A stretch of 33,669 bases of DNA, from NCBI GenBank assembly GCA_038851075.1, contig JAWCLG010000011.1, positions 1 to 33,669 on the forward strand. The letters run 5' to 3'. This document shows positions 15,110 through 22,956 of this stretch, in pieces; position 1 is the first letter of the stretch; every line of letters starts with the position of its first letter. A program made the position numbers and the translations under genes. Under the pieces are notes generated by a model. The model did no database searches. It saw nothing but the letters and a program-made list of their open reading frames with translations, and had not been told where the DNA came from. Source of the DNA: Candidatus Hadarchaeales archaeon. Lineage in GTDB: Archaea; Hadarchaeota; Hadarchaeia; Hadarchaeales; Hadarchaeaceae.

Positions 15110-15922
15110 CTAGCTCCAGATATACAGCGCAATTGTGTCCAAGCTAAGGGTTCCGCCGGCCGGTAGTTTGAAGCCAGCCCCTCCATTGTTGAACACGCAG
15201 TTGACCCTTGCATATCCACTAGCATACGCTCCGTTCTGTGTCCACGGCACGTTGTTGTCAAAGACGAACTCATAGCCAGTGTTCTGCGTGTTTTCAGTCC
15301 CTGAGTGTGCCCCGCTGAAGCTGAGATACCCATACATATTGTCCATGTTCACGTATGCCACGAGCTTCGCATCCTGCTTGTTTCCGGTGTAGCCTGCGTC
15401 GGCCTTAACCTTGCAAGCCATGACTATGGTGAACGGATACTCGTACGGAATCGTTGCTGTGTCAGAGTTTGCGGTTATTATAGCGTCAGAGGCTCCATCC
15501 AGCAACCAGTTGTCATTGTTTTCCCCGGATATGTGCCTGCCGAAATTGGTTGAGTTTGGTGCAAGATTGTCGCAGATGAGCACGTTCTCTATCCCACTGT
15601 TTTCAGGTACGCCTGCGGTAAAGCCAAGCAGAAACTGTCCATCGGCGGTCAGCAGCTGCCCCGAGATCAGCGAAACGGTCCCCTGTCCAGAAACCGTTGA
15701 TGGTGTGGACAGTGCCCATCCAGCTAGCCCTGCCACTATCACTATTGCAACAGCTGCGGTAACCCATTTCCACTGTGCCATTCTTTTTTCCACCTCCATT
15801 TTTTTTATTGGTGCCCTCGCCAGAGGTCCGGGCATAAAATCAAGTCTCCCCTTGCAACGCGGGCATTCCTTCGGGTGTTGCACCCTCGGGTTCCACTCAT
15901 ATCCACAGCGGGGGCACCTCAT
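15110..15922 (-). CDS. Exported protein with N-terminal C4 Zn ribbon, TM/signal helix and Gly/Asn/Ala-rich beta domain (candidate filament or surface subunit)
   Basis: CPRCGYEW.PR...PKECPRCK, then WVTAAVAIVIVAGLAGWAL; alternative start at Met48 (15781) with GGAGGTG RBS. Confidence 0.8.
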   Translation of the reverse strand: MRCPRCGYEWNPRVQHPKECPRCKGRLDFMPGPLARAPIKKMEVEKRMAQWKWVTAAVAIVIVAGLAGWALSTPSTVSGQGTVSLISGQLLTADGQFLLGFTAGVPENSGIENVLICDNLAPNSTNFGRHISGENNDNWLLDGASDAIITANSDTATIPYEYPFTIVMACKVKADAGYTGNKQDAKLVAYVNMDNMYGYLSFSGAHSGTENTQNTGYEFVFDNNVPWTQNGAYASGYARVNCVFNNGGAGFKLPAGGTLSLDTIALYIWS

Positions 15923-15946
15923 ACACTTAAATCTAGTCCCCCCAAC

Positions 15947-15960
15947 TTATTTAAGGGTTG
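15947..15960 (-). promoter_or_regulatory. Putative BRE/TATA promoter for the Zn-ribbon exported-protein gene (leaderless)
   Basis: Minus strand CAACCCTTAAATAA ending 24 nt before ATG 15922. Confidence 0.6.
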
Positions 15961-15967
15961 TTTTTTG

Positions 15968-16180
15968 CTACTATGATGATTTCAGCTCTCTCTCCATCAT
16001 AGTAATAGTTCGCTCTTTATCGAAAGAATTAAAAGTAGTATCCATAAAAACCTTGGAAAAAACGCTATTTTTGCGATTTTTATGCGTGCAACGTTTTCAA
16101 CGAAAAATCGGCGTTTTTTCGCATTATTGGCGAATGCGCCTGATCTCTACTATGATGACTCCTGTAAGTATACTATGATA
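15968..16180. repeat. Four TACTATGAT boxes flanking an A/T-tract-rich imperfect palindrome
   Basis: TACTATGATG 15969-15978 with inverted CATCATAGTA 15995-16004; CTACTATGATGA repeated at 15968 and 16147; TACTATGATA at 16171; GAAAAAACGC 16056/GCGTTTTTTC 16111 and CGATTTTT 16074/AAAAATCG 16103. Confidence 0.8.
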
Positions 16181-16474
16181 ATATTCAGAGAATGTCAGAG
16201 GGGATGTTAAAAATATTCACCGTTGCTTACAGAAAGGGCACTTCCCATGAGATGACAAACGTAGATGAAACATGCGGAAATTGCCGGTTTGTCTGCCGCA
16301 CCGCAGTTCAAAAGCCTTCCACGAACCTCAAGTTCTTTCCGCAGCCAGGCGTTTTTTCCCGCCGGCACGGCTTGATTTATGGCTGGCATGTTGGGATGCA
16401 AGCGTTTTCTCACAGGTCCAGTGATGCCGAGCGATAGTATTAAATCAGGCTCCAATCAAGAAAAAAAGACCAGT

Positions 16475-17728
16475 ATGGCGATGACAATAGCGGAGAAGAT
16501 TCTGGGAAGGGCTTCCGGGAGAAAAAAGGTGTCGCCCGGAGAGATCGTTGAGGCAAAGGTGGATTACTGCATGGCCCACGACCTTACCGCGCCACTTGCC
16601 ATCGAAGTCCTCAAAGAGATGGGCGTGGATGAGGTATGGGACCCGTCAAAGATCGTAATAGTCCTCGATCACCAAGCCCCGCCCACAACGATAGACATGG
16701 CAAGGGACCACGCCGCGCTTAGAAAGTTTGTTGAGGACAACGGCATAGAGCATTTTTACGACCACAGGGGTGTCTGTCATCAGGTCATGCCCGAGGGTGG
16801 TTTCGCCTTGCCAGGGCTTTTGGTCGTCGGAGCGGACTCGCATACATGCACCTATGGTGCTCTGGGGTGTTTTGCAACAGGGGTGGGATCCACCGACATG
16901 GCTGCGGTTTTCGCCACAGGAAAGCTCTGGTTTAAAGTACCAGAGAGCATGCTCTTCAGGCTTGAGGGCGAGTTCCGCAGGCCGGTCTCAGCCAAGGATC
17001 TGATACTGCGGATAATAGGGGACGTCGGCGTGGACGGAGCCACCTACAGATCGGTCGAGTTCTCGGGTGACGGTTTGAAGAACATCAGCGTTTCCGGGAG
17101 GCTGACTATGTGCAACATGGGGGTGGAGATGGGCGCCAAGACAGCAATAGTTCCTCCGGATAAGCTCACCAGGGAATACCTATCGGGAAGAACATCTCAG
17201 AAGTATAATGAGGTTTTCAGCGATCCTGATGCCGAGTACGTGGAAACCATGGAATACGACTTATCAAAGATAGAGCCCCAGGTTGCGTGCCCCCACAGGG
17301 TCGACAACGTGTACACCGCTCGTGAGGTTCAGGGAGTTAAGGTGGACCAGGCTTTCATAGGGAGCTGCACCAACGGAAGGATGGAAGATCTGGTCGAGGC
17401 GGCGAGAATAGTCAAGGGGAGAAAGGTCGCGAGAGGTGTGAGGTTCATAGTTTCCCCCGCTTCTGCCGAGGTGATGCAGAAAGCGCTTAAAGAGGGGATC
17501 ATCCAGATTCTGGCAGAGTCCGGAGCGATAATAGTTCCTCCTTCCTGCGCCGCCTGCATGGGATGCCACGTGGGAGTCATCGGTCCGGGGGAGGTTTCGA
17601 TATCTTCATCGAACAGAAACTTCAAGGGAAGGCAGGGCAGCCCGGATGCAAAGGTCTATCTCGCCTCTCCGGCCACGGTGGCTGCATCCGCCGTGAAGGG
17701 AGAAATAATCGACCCGAGGGATCTCTGA
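16475..17728 (+). CDS. leuC: 3-isopropylmalate dehydratase/homoaconitase family large subunit
   Basis: MTIAEKIL, HD, DH, GVCHQV, GADSHTCTYGALG, Fe-S ligands IGSCTNGR and CAACMG, SSNRNFKGRQGS, YLASPA. Start set at ATG 16475, with TATTAAAT ~30 nt upstream. Confidence 0.9.
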   Translation: MAMTIAEKILGRASGRKKVSPGEIVEAKVDYCMAHDLTAPLAIEVLKEMGVDEVWDPSKIVIVLDHQAPPTTIDMARDHAALRKFVEDNGIEHFYDHRGVCHQVMPEGGFALPGLLVVGADSHTCTYGALGCFATGVGSTDMAAVFATGKLWFKVPESMLFRLEGEFRRPVSAKDLILRIIGDVGVDGATYRSVEFSGDGLKNISVSGRLTMCNMGVEMGAKTAIVPPDKLTREYLSGRTSQKYNEVFSDPDAEYVETMEYDLSKIEPQVACPHRVDNVYTAREVQGVKVDQAFIGSCTNGRMEDLVEAARIVKGRKVARGVRFIVSPASAEVMQKALKEGIIQILAESGAIIVPPSCAACMGCHVGVIGPGEVSISSSNRNFKGRQGSPDAKVYLASPATVAASAVKGEIIDPRDL

Positions 17729-18219
17729 TGTCAAGAGCGTGGGTTTTCGGTGACGACATAAGCACTGACGACATAATCGCAGGAAGATATCTGGTCAAGC
17801 ACGACCCGAAGGAGCTCGGAGCACATGCGATGGAGAATATAGATCCCACTTTCTCAAAAAAGGTGAGGCAGGGGGACGTGATCGTGGGTGGTAAGAACTT
17901 CGGTTGCGGGTCAAGCAGGGAACAGGCGCCCATAACGCTGAAGGCTGCAGGGGTTTCAGCGGTGGTCGCGGAGTCGTTCGCCAGGATATTCTACCGCAAC
18001 GCTATAAATCAGGGACTGCCGGTTCTCTCGTGCAAGGGAATAAAAGGGGAGTTCAAGAATGGCGATGAGGCTAGGATTGACCTGAGGGCGGGCACAGTCA
18101 GGAACCTGAGCACAGGCAAGATATTCAGGTTCGAGCCCTTCCCGAAGTTCATGCTGGACATACTGCGGGCCGGGGGTCTCGTCCCGTACATGAAGAAGGG
18201 CAGGGGCTCCAGGCGCTGA
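17728..18219 (+). CDS. leuD: 3-isopropylmalate dehydratase small subunit
   Basis: FGDDISTDDII.GRYLV, NFGCGSSREQAP, AESFARIFYRNAINQGL; TGATG overlap with leuC. Confidence 0.9.
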   Translation: MSRAWVFGDDISTDDIIAGRYLVKHDPKELGAHAMENIDPTFSKKVRQGDVIVGGKNFGCGSSREQAPITLKAAGVSAVVAESFARIFYRNAINQGLPVLSCKGIKGEFKNGDEARIDLRAGTVRNLSTGKIFRFEPFPKFMLDILRAGGLVPYMKKGRGSRR

Positions 18220-18268
18220 CATTCGGTCAGGTTAAAAGAGCATGACGCCAAGGTTAAAGCGTGAGGCT

Positions 18269-19348
18269 ATGCGAGTCACCTTAATACCCGGCGACGGTGT
18301 TGGGCCTGAGGTCATAGATGCGGCCAGGGCCTGCATAGAGGCCACCGGTGCAAAAGTGGAGTGGGATGTTGTCGAGGCGGGGGCCGGCGTTGTGGAAAAA
18401 TACGGGACTCCACTGCCGGAACATGTGCTTGAGTCCATAAGAAAAAACCGGGTCGCGCTGAAGGGCCCGATAACCACTCCGGTTGGGGAGGGATTCAGGA
18501 GCGTGAATGTTGCCATAAGAAAGGCCCTCGATCTTTACGCGTGTGTGCGCCCTTGCAGGTGGTACAGGGGCGTGAGGTCGAACTATGAGGGCGTGGATCT
18601 GATCATAGTGCGAGAAAACACCGAGGACCTTTATGCTGGCGTAGAGTTCCCAGAGGGAGAGAAGGACACAAGGGATCTCATTGAATTCGTTTCCGTGAGG
18701 GGAAGGGGTGCCGTGAGGGGAGATTCAGGGGTAAGCCTGAAGGCGATCTCCCGTTTCGGGTCTGAGAGGGTAGTGAGGTTCGCATTCAGATATGCGAGGG
18801 AGAACCGCAGGAGAAAGGTCACCGCAGTTCACAAGGCCAATATAATGAAGTTTTCCGATGGGCTATTTCTGGACGCTGCGCGCAGAGTGGCGCAGGAGTT
18901 TCCAGACATTGAGTTTGAGGACAGGATAGTGGACAACATGTGCATGCAGCTTGTACAGAAGCCCCAGCTCTACGATGTTATAGTTGCCCCAAATCTATAT
19001 GGGGATATACTGTCGGATCTCTGTGCCGGCCTTGTTGGTGGCCTAGGTGTGGCACCTGGGGCGAATATAGGTGATGAGTTCGCGGTATTTGAGCCAACGC
19101 ACGGTAGCGCACCGAAGTATGCCGGCAAGAACAAGGTCAACCCCACGGCCGCGATTCTCTCGGGTGTGATGATGCTGAGGCATATTGGCGAGGTCGAAAG
19201 AGCTGCAGCGCTGGAGATGGCGGTCGCAGCGGTGATCGCCGAGGGAAGATACGTTACGTATGACATGAAGGAAAATCCGGGAGACCCTTCGGCGGTCGGC
19301 ACGAGCGAGATGGCAAGAGCGGTGGTAAGGCATCTGGAACGTGCGTAG
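18269..19348 (+). CDS. icd: Isocitrate/isopropylmalate dehydrogenase family, most like NAD-dependent isocitrate dehydrogenase
   Basis: [80 protein letters not shown]. Confidence 0.75.
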   Translation: MRVTLIPGDGVGPEVIDAARACIEATGAKVEWDVVEAGAGVVEKYGTPLPEHVLESIRKNRVALKGPITTPVGEGFRSVNVAIRKALDLYACVRPCRWYRGVRSNYEGVDLIIVRENTEDLYAGVEFPEGEKDTRDLIEFVSVRGRGAVRGDSGVSLKAISRFGSERVVRFAFRYARENRRRKVTAVHKANIMKFSDGLFLDAARRVAQEFPDIEFEDRIVDNMCMQLVQKPQLYDVIVAPNLYGDILSDLCAGLVGGLGVAPGANIGDEFAVFEPTHGSAPKYAGKNKVNPTAAILSGVMMLRHIGEVERAAALEMAVAAVIAEGRYVTYDMKENPGDPSAVGTSEMARAVVRHLERA

Positions 19349-19422
19349 AGTGCCGTTCTAGCGGTTCTCCGCGGCGCCACAAAATTTTAAGCCTGTGTGG
19401 TGGATAGGCGAACGGTAAATCA

Positions 19423-20556
19423 ATGAAGCGCAGGATAGCGGTGATACCCGGTGACGGGATTGGACCCGAGGTGGTACGGGAGGGCATAAAGGTCCTGAAC
19501 GCAGCGGCAGACTCCACCCCGGGGCTGAAGTTAGATTTTGTGGAGTACCCGTACGGCGCCGAGCACTATCTCAAAACGGGCGAGCTTCTCCCTGAGGAAG
19601 GGCTAAAGGAAATGAAAAAAGCTGATGCGATATATCTCGGAGCGCTCGGCGACCCCAGAGTGAAACCCGGGGTCCTGGAGAAGGGAGTACTGCTAACGCT
19701 GAGGTTTTACTTCGATCAGTACGTTAACCTCCGTCCCGTGAAGCTCTATCACGGCGTGAGGTGCCCAATCGAGGGAAAGGGTCCCGAGCACGTCAACTTC
19801 TACGTGGTGAGGGAGAACACCGAGGACTTTTATGTTGGCGTTGGCGGAAGAGCAGGGTCGGGCAGGTCGCGTAACGAACTCGAGATCGTCAGGTCCATAT
19901 ACAGCGCAAAATTCGGCCTAGATCTCGAGGTGGACAGGGACGAGGTGGCATATCAGATAGGGCTGATAAGCAGAAAGGGTGCGGAGCGAGTCATCAGGTA
20001 TGCGTTCGAACTTGCGAGGAAAAAGGGAAAAAAGAGGGTTACATCCGTGGATAAGGCGAACGTGCTCACGCACATATACGGCCTCTGGAGGGAGGTATTT
20101 GAGAGCGTGGCAAAGGAGTACCCAGACATAGAGACCGAATTCGCTTTTGTAGATGCCATAACCATGTGGTTCGTGAAGAATCCGGAGTGGTATCAGGTGG
20201 TGGTGACGCCCAACATGTTTGGCGATATAATCACGGATCTAGCGGCGATGATACAGGGAGGTCTTGGTCTTGCTCCGGGAGGCAACATAAATCCGAACGG
20301 CATCAGCATGTTTGAGCCCATTCACGGAAGCGCACCCAAGTACGCCGGCAAGAACGTGGCCAACCCTCTGGCATCCATCCTCGCAGGGGCCCTGATGCTG
20401 GAGATCATGGGGGAGCGTGACGCCGCGAACGTTGTTGAGCGGGCGGTCGAGGCTGTGCTCAGGGAGGGCAGGGTTCTCACAAGGGATCTCGGTGGAGAGT
20501 CAAAGACATCAGAAGTTGGAGACGCTGTTGCTGCAAAGATCTCTGAGGGTGCGTGA
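19423..20556 (+). CDS. leuB: 3-isopropylmalate dehydrogenase
   Basis: [68 protein letters not shown]; context with leuCD. Confidence 0.8.
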   Translation: MKRRIAVIPGDGIGPEVVREGIKVLNAAADSTPGLKLDFVEYPYGAEHYLKTGELLPEEGLKEMKKADAIYLGALGDPRVKPGVLEKGVLLTLRFYFDQYVNLRPVKLYHGVRCPIEGKGPEHVNFYVVRENTEDFYVGVGGRAGSGRSRNELEIVRSIYSAKFGLDLEVDRDEVAYQIGLISRKGAERVIRYAFELARKKGKKRVTSVDKANVLTHIYGLWREVFESVAKEYPDIETEFAFVDAITMWFVKNPEWYQVVVTPNMFGDIITDLAAMIQGGLGLAPGGNINPNGISMFEPIHGSAPKYAGKNVANPLASILAGALMLEIMGERDAANVVERAVEAVLREGRVLTRDLGGESKTSEVGDAVAAKISEGA

Positions 20557-20564
20557 GGATTTCG

Positions 20565-21128
20565 ATGAGGGTGATAGTCGCCATAACGGGATCCAGCGGA
20601 GCAGTTTACGGGCTCAGGTTCCTGAGGGCATGCTCCAGACTGGGTGTCGAAACCGACCTTATCATCTCGAGGGCCGCGGAGACCATAATCGAGCACGAGC
20701 TGAAGATGAGGATTGATGACGTGAGAAAGCTTTCGACGAGGAGCTACGGTCCGGATGAGCTCACGGCACCGATATCCAGCGGGTCATGTCAGCTTGACGG
20801 AATGGTCATTATCCCGTGCAGCATGAAGACCATGGCTGCGGTTGCCTCCGGTTTCACAGCGGATCTGATATCCAGAGCTGCGGACGTCACGCTGAAGCAA
20901 GGACGCCCTCTCGTGCTCGTCCCTCGAGAAACCCCTCTGAGCCTGATACACATTGAGAACATGCTGAAGCTTAAGCGAGCTGGAGCGGTGGTCCTTCCGG
21001 CCTCTCCCGCCTTTTACCACAGCCCCGAGAAGATAGATGATCTGGTGGACTACATTGTGGGGAGGGCCTTAGAAATGCTGGGCATAAAACACGATCTTTA
21101 CCGGGCTTGGGATCGGAGAGCACCTTAG
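20565..21128 (+). CDS. ubiX: Flavin prenyltransferase UbiX
   Basis: VAITGSSGAVYG, APISSGS, IPCSMKT, RAADVTLK, LVLVPRETPL, PAFYH.P. Confidence 0.92.
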   Translation: MRVIVAITGSSGAVYGLRFLRACSRLGVETDLIISRAAETIIEHELKMRIDDVRKLSTRSYGPDELTAPISSGSCQLDGMVIIPCSMKTMAAVASGFTADLISRAADVTLKQGRPLVLVPRETPLSLIHIENMLKLKRAGAVVLPASPAFYHSPEKIDDLVDYIVGRALEMLGIKHDLYRAWDRRAP

Positions 21129-22286
21129 ATGGACAAGATACCTGTCAGGAAGTACGAGTGCGGAAGCTGCGGGTATTCGGATTACAGGATGTCCTCTAGA
21201 GATATAGGTGAGCTTCTCCCTGGAGAGTGCCCCAAGTGCAGGAGCGGAATGGTGGTCAGAGACAGCGACAACCCACTCTGGCTCCTGAGCGTTCTTGATC
21301 ATGTTTCCAGAGAGTTCGAGCTGGTTGATTTTGTGGCTTTGGAGAACGGTCTCGAGGCCGAGGTGAGGTCAAAAAACCCCAAAAAATCGTTCAGAAATCT
21401 CATGAAGAGGGTCAGGACCGCCGGGTATCTCCCGGTAATGCGCGGAAAGGACGGGTCGCTGAGACTTTTCGTGATGAAATACCCCAAGCAGAAGCGCGCC
21501 AATCCCGTCGTCAACATCGCGCTTCTTGCCGCCACATGCGCCAGCACCTTCCTCGCCGGGTATTACTTCATATTCGGCGAGATACCTGACGCCGCCCTCT
21601 TCTCCGTCTCGATAATGCTGATGCTTGGGGTGCACGAGCTGGGGCACAAGATCGCAGCGAGGAGGAGCGGCGTTGAGTCCACCCTGCCTTACTTCATACC
21701 TGCTCCGAACCTTCTCGGAACAATGGGCGCGGTCATTAACGTGAAGAGCCCGATACCGACCAAGGAGTCTCTGATAGAGATGGGGGTTGCGGGTCCTCTG
21801 GCAGGTTTCGCTGTGGCGGTTCCCATAATTCTCGTCGGGCTGTTTATGTCGTCTCCAGACCCGAGCGGCGTGTCATTCGGCTTCGTTCCGGCCGTTTTCG
21901 CGCTCATGCAGATTGCGACCTTCGGCTATGTGCCTCCGGCGATAAGGCTGAACCCTCTGATATTCTCCGGCTGGGTGATGCTGCTCCTGACGATGCTTAA
22001 CATGATGCCGGCGGGACAGCTTGACGGCGGGCACGTTGCGAGAGGACTGATGAGAAAGGAGACCCACTACATCCTCACGCGCTCGGTCGGTTTTGGGCTT
22101 TTCATAACTGGAATTCTCTTCCCGGGTATGCCGTTCTGGTTCTGGGGTTTTCTCATACTGCTGTTTTTCCGTACCTACCATCCGGGAGCCCTGGATGATG
22201 TCTCAGATCTCTCCAGGAGCCACCGGGTTCTTGGGGCAATCGCGTTCGCGGTTTTCGCCCTCTGCCTTCCGGTTCCTCTGGTCTGA
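21129..22286 (+). CDS. Site-2 protease (M50) with N-terminal Zn ribbon
   Basis: HELGH, PYFIP...LGTMGAVI, AGPLAG, LNMMPAGQLDGGHV, multiple TMs; N-terminal CGSC...CPKC. Confidence 0.9.
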   Translation: MDKIPVRKYECGSCGYSDYRMSSRDIGELLPGECPKCRSGMVVRDSDNPLWLLSVLDHVSREFELVDFVALENGLEAEVRSKNPKKSFRNLMKRVRTAGYLPVMRGKDGSLRLFVMKYPKQKRANPVVNIALLAATCASTFLAGYYFIFGEIPDAALFSVSIMLMLGVHELGHKIAARRSGVESTLPYFIPAPNLLGTMGAVINVKSPIPTKESLIEMGVAGPLAGFAVAVPIILVGLFMSSPDPSGVSFGFVPAVFALMQIATFGYVPPAIRLNPLIFSGWVMLLLTMLNMMPAGQLDGGHVARGLMRKETHYILTRSVGFGLFITGILFPGMPFWFWGFLILLFFRTYHPGALDDVSDLSRSHRVLGAIAFAVFALCLPVPLV

Positions 22287-22326
22287 ATCCGCACGCATAA
22301 ATATCCGGGGAGAGGAACTCTGAGTG

Positions 22327-22956
22327 ATGGGCTTGCGCGGCAGGTTCATATCTCTGGACGGCCCCGACGGATGCGGAAAGAGCACGCACGCCAGGTTGCT
22401 CGCGAGGTGGTTGAGGCTCAGAGGATATTCAGTCGTCCTCACCGAGGAGCCGACCGATAGCGTTTTCGGATCGACGATAAAAAAGGCGCTCCGTGGTGAG
22501 TTCAGCCTGCCCGCCGATGTCGAGGCAGTGCTTTTCGCAGCGGATCGTGCATACCATGTCTCCAGAGTGATAAAACCTGCGTTGAGGGCCGGCCGGATTG
22601 TGGTAACGGCGAGGTATGTGCACTCCTCCCTTGCCTATCAGCCTGCCAGAGGTGTGTCCGAGAAATGGGTACTGGCCCTCAACCGCGGAATGCCTAGACC
22701 GGACCTCACGGTGATACTGGACGTTCCAACGGTCGAGACAATGCGAAGGGTCAGCTCGAAGAGGCCTGATGTCTTCGAGAGCAGTGCGGACCTCCAGAGA
22801 AAGGTGAGGGAGAACTACATCAGGCTGGCGAGGCACGAAGGGCTGATGGTGGTCGATTCAACCAGACCGCGTGACGAGGTTCAGCGGGAGATAAGGGCTG
22901 CGGTCGGAAGGCTACTCCGGATCGGGGAGCGCAGCTCACATGCTGATTCTGTCTGA
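22327..22956 (+). CDS. tmk: Thymidylate kinase
   Basis: FISLDGPDGCGKST, TEEPT, LFAADR..H, RYVHSSLAYQ, PDLTVILDV. Confidence 0.9.
   Translation: MGLRGRFISLDGPDGCGKSTHARLLARWLRLRGYSVVLTEEPTDSVFGSTIKKALRGEFSLPADVEAVLFAADRAYHVSRVIKPALRAGRIVVTARYVHSSLAYQPARGVSEKWVLALNRGMPRPDLTVILDVPTVETMRRVSSKRPDVFESSADLQRKVRENYIRLARHEGLMVVDSTRPRDEVQREIRAAVGRLLRIGERSSHADSV

Noticed and set aside
15720-15781. Class III (type IV pilin/archaellin) signal peptide in RMAQWKW...
   Set aside because: It lacks the K/R-G/A cleavage motif followed directly by an uninterrupted hydrophobic stretch, and no prepilin peptidase or pilus ATPase/TadC genes are present.
15411-16178. 255-aa plus-strand ORF
   Set aside because: Mostly antisense to the well-supported 15110-15922 gene and runs into AT-rich regulatory DNA; no recognisable motifs.
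16192-16455. Small overlapping ORFs (81 aa plus strand with CGNCRF; 82 aa minus strand)
   Set aside because: No convincing RBS, family motif or complete metal-binding set; cannot be supported without homology data.
15923-16470. Replication origin
   Set aside because: AT-rich with repeats, but I see no ORB-like box and there is no adjacent cdc6/orc1 gene.
18229-18258. AGGTTAAA repeated twice before the icd-like gene
   Set aside because: Only 8 bp; may be an internal promoter but is indistinguishable from chance.
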